From contig JAUCBJ010001945.1 of NCBI GenBank assembly GCA_032718475.1, positions 39,434-103,433 on the forward strand: DNA of 64,000 nt. The letters are read 5' to 3'. This document shows positions 1-10,960 of this stretch, piece after piece. A program made the translations under genes and the position numbers. Every line of letters begins with the position of its first letter. Position 1 is the first letter of the stretch. Source of the DNA: Nemertoderma westbladi. Lineage: Eukaryota > Animalia > Xenacoelomorpha. The notes under the pieces were generated by a model, which made no database searches, was not told where the DNA came from, and saw only the letters and a program-made list of their open reading frames with translations.

Positions 1-84
1 CACATTCCTTCCTGGAATCGGTCCATTCAGCTGAGTAACAGCTGTTCGTCCTTATCTCAACCCCCGTCATCGATACGCTCGTAT
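1..84 (+). CDS. Partial penultimate exon of an unidentified gene (HIPSWNRSIQLSNSCSSLSQPPSSIRSY)
   Basis: Open frame 1 ends at a consensus donor GTAAGT (85-90); phase-0 join to exon at 341. Confidence 0.55.
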
Positions 85-204
85 GTAAGTATATCAGTTC
101 TAATTGTAATGACGCTGAATTAGTCGTTTATTATAAGATTCGAGTAGTAATGACACTGAATCAGTTATTTTGTAAATAAAAGTAATTGCGTAATTATGTG
201 ACCT

Positions 205-312
205 CTAATACTTTATATGACTGCTAATACTTTATGTGACTGCTAATACTTTATGTGACTGCTATACTGATAATACTTTATGTGACTGCTAATACTTTAT
301 GTGATTGCTAAT
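205..312. repeat. Intronic 19-bp tandem repeat (tgactgctaatactttatg)
   Basis: About 5 imperfect copies visible. Confidence 0.8.
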
Positions 313-340
313 ACGTCCATGGGTTTATTTCTGTCTCCAG

Positions 341-511
341 GGTGATTTATCCTTCAATCGCAGTGGCAACCCTCAACTCCCACCGCTGGAATTACCAGGA
401 ACAGAAGATGACAGTACCACCTACCGGTCTGTAGGCGAACTCCACACTGCTAGTGTGCGCAGCTACAATTCGGTAGAAGGCGTTCGTCTTGGATATCCAA
501 AACGTTTATAA
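341..511 (+). CDS. Terminal exon of the same unidentified gene (GDLSFNRSGNPQLPP...YPKRL*)
   Basis: Acceptor ttatttctgtctccag ends at 340; in frame with exon 1-84; GC richer than flanks; TAA stop. Confidence 0.55.
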   Translation, partial: GDLSFNRSGNPQLPPLELPGTEDDSTTYRSVGELHTASVRSYNSVEGVRLGYPKRL

Positions 512-1255
512 TCCCGCAAACGTATGAAGTTACAACAGTTAACGTACCAAACTTTTTTATGTATATTCAGAACCCTCGCTGTTATCTCCACATCAGAACT
601 TTGTTCATATCCCCTTCGGTCTCAAGTAAATTATCTCACTAATTCCAGAATTTAATTAAATTTCCATAACATTAGAAATTAATAACATAAACATATATTG
701 GATCAGATATTTACTGGAATAGGTAGGCCTCCGAAGCGAGCTGACGTTGTGTTATTCATGAATCTGATTAGTTTTAATTCAGGTCGATTAAAGTATTATA
801 CAGTGTCATATATTATTAGTTCAGTGTTACATAATACGTGGCTTTAGTGCATTAAGTAAGTTGGTACTATTTCATCTATATTTCGGGCACTCTTATTATA
901 TGAAGTTAATTTGAATGGATAATTAAATGTACTTAAGACATAAACGATTGTGATAATGTTGAAAATGGTATAAAGTAATTTTCAGCAGGTCAACACGTAC
1001 CAAACATTAGGCCCACTGTCATGGCGACCTTACTCAAGCCCATGACAACACTAGGGTCTCTAACTGAGTGAGGTCGCCATGCCTAAACTGTTGTGCATAC
1101 ATAATATGCCTATAATTATTAAGTATACTTCTACCATATTATTCTTCTACTATATTACTATTATGAAATATATTTATTATGTTATAAATATAGGACAAGT
1201 GGAATTTGTGACAACACCTAAAAACGGCGATAACACTCAGTCTCATTAAAAAACT

Positions 1256-1358
1256 GTGGACCAAGTGAAACGGTGGACCAAGTGAAACGGTGGACCAAGT
1301 GAAACGGTGGACCAAGTGAAACGGTGGACCAAGAGAAACGGTGGACCAAGTGAAACGG
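1256..1358. repeat. 17-bp tandem repeat (tggaccaagtgaaacgg) x6
   Basis: Direct inspection. Confidence 0.9.
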
Positions 1359-1520
1359 TAGTCACACAATGTGAATAACAGTTTAGATCGCAGTCCTAAA
1401 ATAAATTCTGCCAAGTTTCGGCGCCGAGCAAACAAACGTCTTGGGATAACACTCAAAATGTCAAGACAACACTCAAATCATATGATTTAGTATTCTGCAA
1501 TACTGTTCACCACTTATCTT

Positions 1521-1813
1521 CCTGTAGGCCTACACTGTGTTGTATGTAGTTCTGTTCCTACTGTGTAAGTGCTGCAGTGTCAGCAGAGTGAATAGTTTGT
1601 GAGCTTATCATAGGGCCCTACTGTTACCGCTGTCTGTCTGTTCGTCGGTCTGTCTGCGAATGTTTGAAGGCTAATAAAAATCTTCGATGGAATTAACTAT
1701 AGGCAATGGTTGGAAATTAAATAGTGACACCCGTACGGTACACTATTCACTCTTCTGACACGACACTACAGCACTACATAACAGAACTTCATACAACACT
1801 GTAGGCCTACAGG
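1521..1813. mobile_element. Small MITE-like inverted-repeat element
   Basis: cctgtaggcctacactgtgttgtatg...agagtgaatag is mirrored by ctattcactct...catacaacactgtaggcctacagg. Confidence 0.55.
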
Positions 1814-1835
1814 TTAGCAACTACAGTAGTGATAG

Positions 1836-2730
1836 TTAGGAGCCCGCTCGACAGCGGGATACTTACTGTAAAAATCTCAGGTTATATAACACTGACTGAC
1901 TGACTGACTGATAATTACTAGGTTCAGGCACTTCCTGCCTGGTGATTTTGATGAAATTTTGCAAGTACATTGCTTTGGTGGCTCATAATCGCGTTACAAA
2001 ATTCCAGATCAATTCTATGTGTGGTATTCGATATACTTTGTTTTTTGACATTATTTTGTCGCGAAATTAATAGCAATGGTATAATAACAGCTGGTGTTCA
2101 TGATGAAATATGGCTTAATATGTTATACACAATCATAGTAAAACGTGTTGGTGGCCAAGTTGTTAAGGGGTGGATCAGGCGAATGAATTTTAGTTACACA
2201 AAGCAGTGTGTTGTGTCCTATTGCAGTTGTTACTCACTGTGGATTGCAAAATGTTTTATAGTTGACCTACACTATAATACAGTAGTTGCATGTATTTAAG
2301 GAGCCCGCTCTGGCCTACCGCCTAAGGAGTACCTATATTACATATTCACATAGAATTCACTGGGAAGAGATATTCCGCTTGACGACGGGGTAATACCTAT
2401 AGAAGGAAACTAAATTTGTTATTTGGCTCTATTCGTTGTTATTTATCTGGTTGTGCATCATAGGCATTTTTTATAAATATTCGGTAATCGTATCTTATAT
2501 CTTGTAAACGTGCTTGATAATGAAATTATTTGCTTCATATTATATTTTTGTTAGTGGTAGCTAAGTTGCATTTTTTATTATGTGGGGCGAGCCACAAAGT
2601 CAGCTAGCCTCACGCCTTGCAGTTTAGACAATTTTAGTTTACTTACTGCTGACTGACATAGTTCTTTGTAATAGTCTTGGCTAGGATTTTCCCCCCGGGC
2701 TCCTTCCAGCCAGCTTGCTGGCTTTCTAGT
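1836..2730 (+). mobile_element. Non-autonomous Helitron/Helentron (DINE-1-like) element
   Basis: Subterminal IR aggagcccg (1838) / cgggctcct (2696-2704); (ctga)n microsatellite; gattttgatgaaatttt core; 3' hairpin agccagc-tt-gctggct followed by CTAGT. Confidence 0.6.
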
Positions 2731-3371
2731 ATTGCATAATACTGAATTATATGATTTGGGTGTTGCCCTGACTTTTTTGAGTGTTATCCCCAGACGTTTG
2801 GATGTTTACGACTTGCCATCGCTGTGCGGAGCCGAAACCTAGCAAAATTACTTTTAGGATTGCTATCTACTGGTATTCACAATGTTTGCGAAGTAGAAAA
2901 AAGTGGCCCCCCAGAACTATACTCCCCAGCAGTACTCATTTGGCTAGCATTTAAAGGATGCAAGGCAGAGATGCGCCCTGGCTAGTCCCTTTAAAGTTTG
3001 ACTGTTGTCTAATAATTTGATTGTGACTGATTATTATCATCGTTTTAGTGTTGTCACAAATTCAACCTATCCATAAATATACGATGTTTTTCTTACAAAT
3101 CTCTGTTAAGATGTGTATTTATAGTTGTTTCCATTTATTCGTTTTGTGCAAAATGTTAATATTTTTATTATTTTTGTATGATATACTATATTTCGACGTG
3201 GACCCTTGTGTATAATGTGCTATAAAGCATTAATGATTTCTTATGACCGTTTAAATAGAGATTACATAATAATAATATGTCGTTTTTTTCATTATTATCT
3301 ATACAACACTTACTATCCCTTATTTTGATTTATTACGTTATGACTCACGTTGAATTGTTCTAACGTATTTA

Positions 3372-3504
3372 GCCGAGCTTTAAGGTACAATACACATCGC
3401 TGTGGCAACCACCCTCCGTGAACACAGATTAAGATTCAGTGGGCACTGCTGGAGAAGTAAAGACGAGGTCATACCAGATCTACTTTTCTGGCAACCAACC
3501 CATG
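3372..3504 (+). mobile_element. RTE LINE 3' fragment, left half (target of the BEL/Pao insertion)
   Basis: Near-identical to about 48288-48417 of the longer LINE; continues at 18301. Confidence 0.9.
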
Positions 3505-4760
3505 TGTAAAAGCTTCTGTGGGATATAACTGGCCCCTTTTGCTTCGCAATCCAGTTTCCCCCCAGGCGCTGGAATACTCTAAAAAGGTTCTCTAACTGTA
3601 CATATATTCCCCTCGCCCGCAAGGTACCGTTACAGGTGTTTTAACGGACATAAAAGTCATTCTGCTATATACGTGTTTTGGCGGACATGGTAAGGCAAAA
3701 ATCCTGCAATGCACCAACTACCTTTCACAGCTTAGCCGTGATGATTCATATTACGACATCTAACAGCTGGTTGCTGACATGGAAACAGCCATTGGACGCA
3801 TGGTTCTTTGTTTGGCTTGAGCCAATCAGAGCGATTTTTCCTGTCGACGTGTAGCTTTTCGGCCGATCATAAGGAGAGTGTTCAGTCTTACTGTTTTCAC
3901 TTGATACTTTGTTGTTATTGCTGTCTAAGCCAGAAACACCGGCTCTAGAGTTAATTCTTTTCATACTTTAAGAAGAAACATTAGTAGGCTTAAATTATAG
4001 AGCGTATGACTGTTATCAGTCAAATCCATTCACAATTCAATACTTTGTTGTTATTACTGTTCAACATACATTATTATACTGCTATTTACTGTTGTGTTTG
4101 GTTGAATATTATTTGGAGAACATATATAAAGAACCCAAATTTCCCAATTTTCTTGATACACTACAGGTTAGAGAGACGGGTTATATATAGCGATTGCGAC
4201 TTATATTGTTGTGGTTTGTAGTGAATTTAATGCTATTTGATAAGCACTACATTGGTCCGTTGCTATTCCCTTTATATATGATAAAATACATTGACGGGCG
4301 GCAAATTAGTGAGCAGTATTGTGTGTTACCGGTAGTGTGCATGATTGTGACCGATAACTAAGCATTTCCTAAAGAATGCGCCTCATACGTGAATCTTAAG
4401 CCTTACCGACTTACCGTTGTGATTAGTATAAGTCATATCTCTGTTTACTTAGATAGAGCGCCACGTCCTAAAAGGAACTGTTAATATTTCCCGAAAGTGA
4501 ATAATATTAGTCAGAAATTAATTATTAATGATCAATCGAATAATACAATACCGTAAGCTTCACTGCAATAATAATCTAAGCCGACAGAATCCAGTCTCCC
4601 GGGATTATCCAGCGGGTGAATGGACGCGCACTAGGCTGGCTTCTGCTAATGTTGTGTTTATTGGTATTAAATATTGTCATCTTCTAGAGTCGATTTATAA
4701 ACCAAAAGACATATAAATTTTGGCAGGTTAAACTGCTAAAGGTCTTCAAAAGCGCGTACA
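3505..4760 (+). repeat. 5' LTR of BEL/Pao element
   Basis: Direct repeat of 17040-18295; only one substitution noticed by eye (3618 C vs 17153 T); CCAAT boxes near 3790 and 3822. Confidence 0.95.
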
Positions 4761-4771
4761 ATAACAGTCAT
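4761..4771 (+). promoter_or_regulatory. Non-tRNA primer-binding site ATAACAGTCAT, complementary to LTR 4006-4016
   Basis: Abuts the LTR end, lacks TGG, exact reverse complement of ATGACTGTTAT in the LTR. Confidence 0.6.
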
Positions 4772-4825
4772 TGACTTTATTGCAGTAAGCAATAAAGTTG
4801 AAAGTACCGATCGACTGGTAAACCT

Positions 4826-4955
4826 GAACCGGTACTTCTGTAGGTCAGTAGGCCCAACTGCCAGAACCGGTACTGCTGTAGGTCAGTAGGTCCAACTGCC
4901 AGAACCGGCACTTCTGTAGGTCCGTAGGCCCAACTGCCCTAACCGGTACTTCCAG
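4826..4955. repeat. 38-bp tandem repeat in BEL leader (ccggtacttctgtaggtcagtaggcccaactgccagaa)
   Basis: About 3.5 copies. Confidence 0.8.
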
Positions 4956-5109
4956 TATAAGTACATTAGTATTATTCGATTTTGATTATAGTATACCGGT
5001 AGGTCTTAGTATTTAATCAGGGAACGGCCGCCCTGATTTTTATTTGAGATTCTACTTATTTCTGTCGGTTTTATTTACTAGTAGGCTAATATTGAGCAGA
5101 AGGCGTGTG

Positions 5110-5705
5110 ACCCTGCTCAGATTGTTCAGATAATTGTAGGCTGAGCTGCTGTCTGACTGTTGTTGGGTTTGGAGAGATTACGGCGTGTGTGGAGTTTGTC
5201 TGATAAAGTGCTGTTAGTAAGTTGGGGCAGCCATATGCTGCAAGGTCAATCCCCTCTTAAAGAATAAGTCGTACTACCGTGTTAGAACGCATACTAACTA
5301 ACTATTTCAGAATCTGCATATACTGTAGTTTATTTAGGCTTGATCGTAGTCTGCCAGCGTTTTGGCCTGTGTTTGTTTGTGTGGTCTGTTCAGGTACCGT
5401 AATAGTTATTACTCAGATATTTTGTAGGCTGGATTGTTGTCTAGCTATTATTAGGTCTGAAGAGATTGCTGCGTGTGTAGAGTTTGTCTGATAAAGCTCC
5501 GTTAGTAAGTTGGGCAGCCATAGCGGTAAGGTCAATCCCCTCTTAAAGAATAAGTCGTACTACCGTGTTAGAACGCATACTAACTAACTATTTCAGAATC
5601 TACACGTACGGTAGTTTATTTAGGCTTGGTGGTAGTCTGCCAGCGTTTTGGTTTGTATTTGTTTGAGTATTCTGTACGGGTAGCGTAATATTTATTATTC
5701 AGAGT
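5110..5705. repeat. About 288-bp tandem duplication in BEL leader
   Basis: ggtcaatcccctcttaaagaataagtcgtactaccgtgttagaacgc occurs at about 5243 and 5530. Confidence 0.8.
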
Positions 5706-7026
5706 TTATGCGATTATTCGCAACATTCATGTCCCCAAGTTTATTCCTACAGTAATTGTGTTTGTTATACATACCGTTATAGTTAAATTAACCCCGGTAC
5801 TACACGGGCTGCTTGGCGTAGGTAAAGACTGGTGACTTTGTGCTTCGGTCACTCCAGCAGATGCCGTGGTTCTTTTAACTGTTCAAGTATATCTAACTAC
5901 TGATTATTTGTTGTACCGGTACTTGTACCTAATTTAGGGTTTAGTGTACAGTGCTTTCCGAAGTAATTAGTGTGTAGGCAGTATATTTGTGTTGTAAAGT
6001 GGTTAATAGGCACGCTGGATCTGGTAGTCCGCGGTAATTAACTTCTAGGTAGGAACAATCCGTGATACATAACGTAGTACCTATAGCGATACGGTTATAG
6101 GTCGTCAGGCGGTGGTATTTTCCTATCTGGACAACGCAGTGTATTTACTACTACTTATTATTTTCAAATACCGTAGTACCCTGTCCGTTGTAATAACCAG
6201 GATTCTAACCCTTTGTTAGGCTGGTTTGTAGACTTCCTGTAAAATTACCCTAAAAATCTCGTACGTAATATTTTTGTTGTGTTTAACTAGAGATTTAATC
6301 TCACCCGTATCGTAAGTAATTTGTAGTATTAAGTAACTTAGGTAAATTAGAATTATCAGTTTTAGTGTCAAATAAATAGCACTTCACTGAGAGCGCACAG
6401 CTTCTGTGTAGTGACTCCCCCAGAAATAATAACATTTATTTCAAATATTGACAAAACCCTTTTAAACGGGTATATAAATATTATAAATCAACTCAAACGA
6501 TTTATAAATAGTAGGCCTGCCATACAACAACTAGGTCTCAATATCAGTTGGACTGCTGCTTAAATAACGGTAATAAAGTATGTTTAAGTAACCAAGTAAC
6601 CCTAAAATATTCAGAAATTCAATTATTCTAAAATAATTGACATACCGGTATTTACCATAGGCTTATTATATTTATTTCTATAAATTTGAGCTGAAATCAT
6701 ACCGGTATTCTGTAATTAATTCTAGTAATAATTATACTTATATATACTATAAGTGTCAGCTGTATACCGGTATTCACGATAGGCCTATTATATATTTATA
6801 TATATTTGTGCTAAAATTATATACCGGTACTCTGTGACAAATCTAGTCTGTAATAATACTTATATATATATATTATAAGCATACCGGTATTCTAATATAT
6901 TATATATATATCACGCTACACTGAGAAGCAGTATCGGTAATTAATTATTAGGCTAACAGTGATACTGAATTACTAGACTTGCTTTAACTGTAATATAGCA
7001 GTAGGCATTCGACTGTACAATCAAAC

Positions 7027-8238
7027 ATGGCTGACACAAGGCAAACTCTGTCAGATAGTCTCCTAGAAACAACAGCCTGTTTCTCGGATCAAAGTGTAGA
7101 GAATCCCAGACCGAGGTCTGAAACCCCTCATACTGTAAGAAGGGCAACCCCTGCAGTGGTTGTGACAGAACCTAGGTTGGTAGAAAAGATTTCGCAATTT
7201 GCGAAGTTAGTGAAGCGCCGTTGGTCTGCCATAGGCACTCGGGCCCAAGTCAAGCGGGATCAAGAAGAAGCTATAAAACAGCAGCAACCTCCTAGCCAAG
7301 AACCTGGTTCACAGCGGTCCGATAGCTCCAGTAGTTCGGATACTGTTGAGCGGACGCCAGAACGCGGAGCGAAGATGGCGGATACGGTTTATGATGGGCG
7401 GCCAGCCTGTGGGGAATCAACCGACGCCACTTCTTCTCAAGTGGAAAGTGAGGTGGAAAGCGAAGTGGAAAGTGAGGTGGAAAGCGAAGTGGAAAGCGAG
7501 GTGGAAAGCGAAGTGGAAAGCGAATTAACATCAGCAGAGAAGCCGCGAACTAGAGACGCTATCGACATTTATTTGTCCGACTATCAGCGATTCCTAGGAG
7601 ACGAAGAGTTGAGGAGACGGCTGTCTGGACTTTCCCCTAATAGTGAAGGAACCAAGCTTGTGTTGGACGCAATCGATGCCGAAATGTTAGCTGCAAACCA
7701 AGCTGAATGTGATGAAAAACTCCGCCTCATTAGAGTCCGAGAAGAACAAATAAAGAAAAGAAAGATAGAGGAACAAAGGGCGGCGGCTATGGCAGAAGCA
7801 GAAGTAGAAAGAAAGGCAGCGGCGGCAGATGCAAAGGCAGCGGCGGCAGATGCAAAAGCAGCAAAGGCAGTGGCAGAAGCAGAACGGAGAGCCGCTGAGC
7901 AGACTACCCAACTGGAGTTGGAAAATCTGCAAGAGACACAAGACAGTATAAATAAACAGTTTACTGCTAATCAAATGCAGATGATGAGAAAATCTACTCC
8001 CAAGCGCCAGGGATACACATCCTCGGAGGAAGGCGAGACCACCGATCCTGAAGGCGGAGGAAATAGATCTCATCTAAGTAGGCGTAGAAAAACATCTTAC
8101 CGTCGCAAATTGCCTGATTTGCCCCCAGCTGTTAAAAGACAGCTAACTAGCACAGACTTAGGTAGTGCAGAACCCATAGAACAATTTATCCAGGTCAAAA
8201 GGCTCCCTACAGATGCAGGAGACTGTCCACCAACTTAA
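7027..8238 (+). CDS. N-terminal coiled-coil/low-complexity part of BEL Gag (403 aa)
   Basis: (VESE)n and Ala/Lys/Glu-rich helix; overlaps the next ORF and is fused to it by removing one A at 8197-8200. Confidence 0.7.
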   Translation: MADTRQTLSDSLLETTACFSDQSVENPRPRSETPHTVRRATPAVVVTEPRLVEKISQFAKLVKRRWSAIGTRAQVKRDQEEAIKQQQPPSQEPGSQRSDSSSSSDTVERTPERGAKMADTVYDGRPACGESTDATSSQVESEVESEVESEVESEVESEVESEVESELTSAEKPRTRDAIDIYLSDYQRFLGDEELRRRLSGLSPNSEGTKLVLDAIDAEMLAANQAECDEKLRLIRVREEQIKKRKIEEQRAAAMAEAEVERKAAAADAKAAAADAKAAKAVAEAERRAAEQTTQLELENLQETQDSINKQFTANQMQMMRKSTPKRQGYTSSEEGETTDPEGGGNRSHLSRRRKTSYRRKLPDLPPAVKRQLTSTDLGSAEPIEQFIQVKRLPTDAGDCPPT

Positions 8239-10888
8239 GGGAACAGTGAGGGAAGGTAGAGCAGAGTTGCAAGAAGTGCAGCAAAGTATCGCACTAGAAC
8301 GCGATAAATTAGTCAATATACAAAAGGGCATACCAATACCCCCTGTAACATTGTGTCAACCTGTTAGGTCTGAAGTATTACATGCGCAAGGTGTGGAGCC
8401 TACACGCATCTATACTGCTAGTGAAGTTGAAACTCCTATAGCAAACCCTATTAAGGGTGATTATAGACCTGTTATTAATGATATTCCCTATAGACCTGAT
8501 AATGATCCGAGAACTTTATATACCGATAATTCGATATTAAATAACACGATGGCCCAAGAAAGCTTTACGCGTCAGATGGCTAGAACAGAAGCCCGCCAAG
8601 CGGTCAAAGTGGGAGAGATCGTCAAATTCAATGGAGATGAGATGAAATGGTTACCTTTCAACGAATATTACAAAGATAGCATACAGAACTCTGTACTATC
8701 TAACGGAGAGAAACTTAGATTCCTCATCAAGTGCTTGGAAGGACCTCCCAAGTTAATGGCGTTAAAGTTTATTGGACATCCAGATGGATTAAGACAAGTT
8801 TGGGATACATTAAACATCAGGTATGGTAACAAGGATAACATAGCTAAGTATTTGTATGCAAAATTAGTAGCCCCCCGACACTTCCTTAGTAGCGGGATTA
8901 TAGAGTTTTCCGATGAAATTCAAGAGATCTGTAGACAACTGGACTGGTTAGGTAAGTCGCATGAATATCAGAGTTCCATGGTCATTGGAGCCGTAGTCTC
9001 TACTTTACCAAAGGGTGGAGTATGTACGCGCTGGGACAAGAAAGTGTTGTACATGAATGAACAACAACGACGAAGTCCTACCATGGCTGATCTCATGTCT
9101 TTCTTAGATAGTGAAGTAAAATTACAACTCATAAGGCAGTCCCGAGAGAAAACATCGGAAAATAAGGTAAGTGAGAAACCCGTTTCTAGGAGAAGGATAA
9201 TACCAGTGTGTTATACTGACGACGGCGAAAGCCAAGCTTCTCAAGAAGAGGACAGCGGGAAAGACACAGCAAAATCTTACTATGACAACAAGACCTATAA
9301 AGACGTAAGTAACTACAAGTCTCGAACCAGTGACAGGAGAGAACAGGTAACAACAACTCCTCCTACGTCTCCTAAGATAATTCACGGAAGAAAGCCCGAA
9401 GAAAGAACGAGAGTGCAGAACGTTAACCAAGTTAAGGTGAGTAACATCAAACCAAAATGTGCGCTGTGCGACGGGCCCCACCGTTTGAGTGCGTGTGCAG
9501 AATTCCTAAAGAAATCCCTGGCAGATAGACGTGGAGTCCTGTGGGATAAGCGGTTATGTTATAACTGTCTCAGACGCGGACACCAGCGGCGAACCTGTTA
9601 CTCTGACGCAAGGTGTGCTAAGTGCGGCGCGAAACATCATAGCTTGTTGCACACGGAATTCGAACGAAACAGCCCGAGTCAGGTAAGTGAGCCCAAATCA
9701 CATGTCCAATTCAGTGATGTGAACGACACTGACCAAAGTTCTGAGTGGGAAGGATTCTATACGGACGAATTCTCCGATGCCAACGAATCCTGTTATCTAA
9801 TAAATACCGCAGTGTATCGAGCACTTACGTACGAAAAAGACACCGACACGGAGTTCCCCCCAACCACCTTTGACAAACAACCATCTTGGAAAGCTCCAGC
9901 TTCCAACGTAGGAATCAGAGAATTTCCTGTAGTTCAAGTAAGAGTTCACGGTCTTAACAAAAGCTACATAGTGAACGCCCTCCTTGACTCCGGCAGCACA
10001 GGAACATTCATCGATCAAGAACTGGCCGAAGATATCTTTGCTGGACAACCCAAGTTCCGGACTAAATTGAATATGTCAGGAATTATGCAGGTTTGGAAAT
10101 CTACCCTAACGGCAGATTACTATGTAGGTGTGTTGTCCACCACCCAGGATAAGTTAGGAACACAAGGTATAAGGTCAGTAAAAATGGTGGCTATAAAGAA
10201 CTTTGCTACTACTCAAGCAGAACCTTATAACTGGGACGAGGACGAGTGCATCCAACATCTTGAGATACCTCGATTCCAGACAGATTATCCTGGAGTGCAA
10301 ATACTCATCGGCCAAAACGCGCATGAGGCGCTCGAGACATTGGAGAAACGGCCTGCTCAACCGCAGCCATTACAAACCTATGCGGTAAGAACTAGAGTAG
10401 GTTGGTACTTCACTGGCCCTTCCCGTAGAACGCTCAAAGAGAGATTACCTCAACAACAGGTATACAAAGTAAAGGAATGGGAAGTGGAGAGCAGTGATGT
10501 GGACGATCCAACTGAGGGAACACCATACTCCTCAGATAATGACGATATTAACTCCAATGTAGATCTATGGAGACATTGCCTTGGGACGATTAATCCAGCC
10601 GACATTGCTTCCAGAGGAGCAACTCCTCAAGAAATGATAGATACTCCAGGCTGGTTAGGTGGATCCGACTTCTTAAGTAAAGAAGAAGAATGGCCTCCTC
10701 ATCTTACCACGGCTGAGATTAGACAGGCCAAGGGAGCGGAGAAAGTAACACAACAACTCAATCGCCCAGCTAGTCGTTTATGTTTACTGGAAAGAGACCG
10801 AAAACTGTCCGGAAACTATGGAAGGCAAGATACTCTTCCTACGACTACTTCCCTAATCCGACAAATATCTAGGGACTCCATAACGTGA
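8213..10888 (+). CDS. BEL/Pao Gag-protease with remnants of the RNase H and integrase C-termini
   Basis: DUF1759-like capsid (KFNGD..W..F...EKLRFL..CLEG); CX2CX3HX4C, CX2CX4HX4C and CX2CX3HX4H knuckles; ALLDSGS; WRH..G..NPADIASRG..W.GG..FL...WP; RP.SRLCLLE; no RT or DDE core. Confidence 0.9.
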   Translation: MQETVHQLKGTVREGRAELQEVQQSIALERDKLVNIQKGIPIPPVTLCQPVRSEVLHAQGVEPTRIYTASEVETPIANPIKGDYRPVINDIPYRPDNDPRTLYTDNSILNNTMAQESFTRQMARTEARQAVKVGEIVKFNGDEMKWLPFNEYYKDSIQNSVLSNGEKLRFLIKCLEGPPKLMALKFIGHPDGLRQVWDTLNIRYGNKDNIAKYLYAKLVAPRHFLSSGIIEFSDEIQEICRQLDWLGKSHEYQSSMVIGAVVSTLPKGGVCTRWDKKVLYMNEQQRRSPTMADLMSFLDSEVKLQLIRQSREKTSENKVSEKPVSRRRIIPVCYTDDGESQASQEEDSGKDTAKSYYDNKTYKDVSNYKSRTSDRREQVTTTPPTSPKIIHGRKPEERTRVQNVNQVKVSNIKPKCALCDGPHRLSACAEFLKKSLADRRGVLWDKRLCYNCLRRGHQRRTCYSDARCAKCGAKHHSLLHTEFERNSPSQVSEPKSHVQFSDVNDTDQSSEWEGFYTDEFSDANESCYLINTAVYRALTYEKDTDTEFPPTTFDKQPSWKAPASNVGIREFPVVQVRVHGLNKSYIVNALLDSGSTGTFIDQELAEDIFAGQPKFRTKLNMSGIMQVWKSTLTADYYVGVLSTTQDKLGTQGIRSVKMVAIKNFATTQAEPYNWDEDECIQHLEIPRFQTDYPGVQILIGQNAHEALETLEKRPAQPQPLQTYAVRTRVGWYFTGPSRRTLKERLPQQQVYKVKEWEVESSDVDDPTEGTPYSSDNDDINSNVDLWRHCLGTINPADIASRGATPQEMIDTPGWLGGSDFLSKEEEWPPHLTTAEIRQAKGAEKVTQQLNRPASRLCLLERDRKLSGNYGRQDTLPTTTSLIRQISRDSIT

Positions 10889-10960
10889 TAGCATGTGGAG
10901 TGGGCGTGTGACTACATTATTTTATATTTGTTTTTATTTTATATTTATGTATGTATTATT

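Noticed and set aside
3746-4716. Short ORFs duplicated at 17281-18251
   Set aside because: Chance ORFs in LTRs; identity reflects LTR duplication
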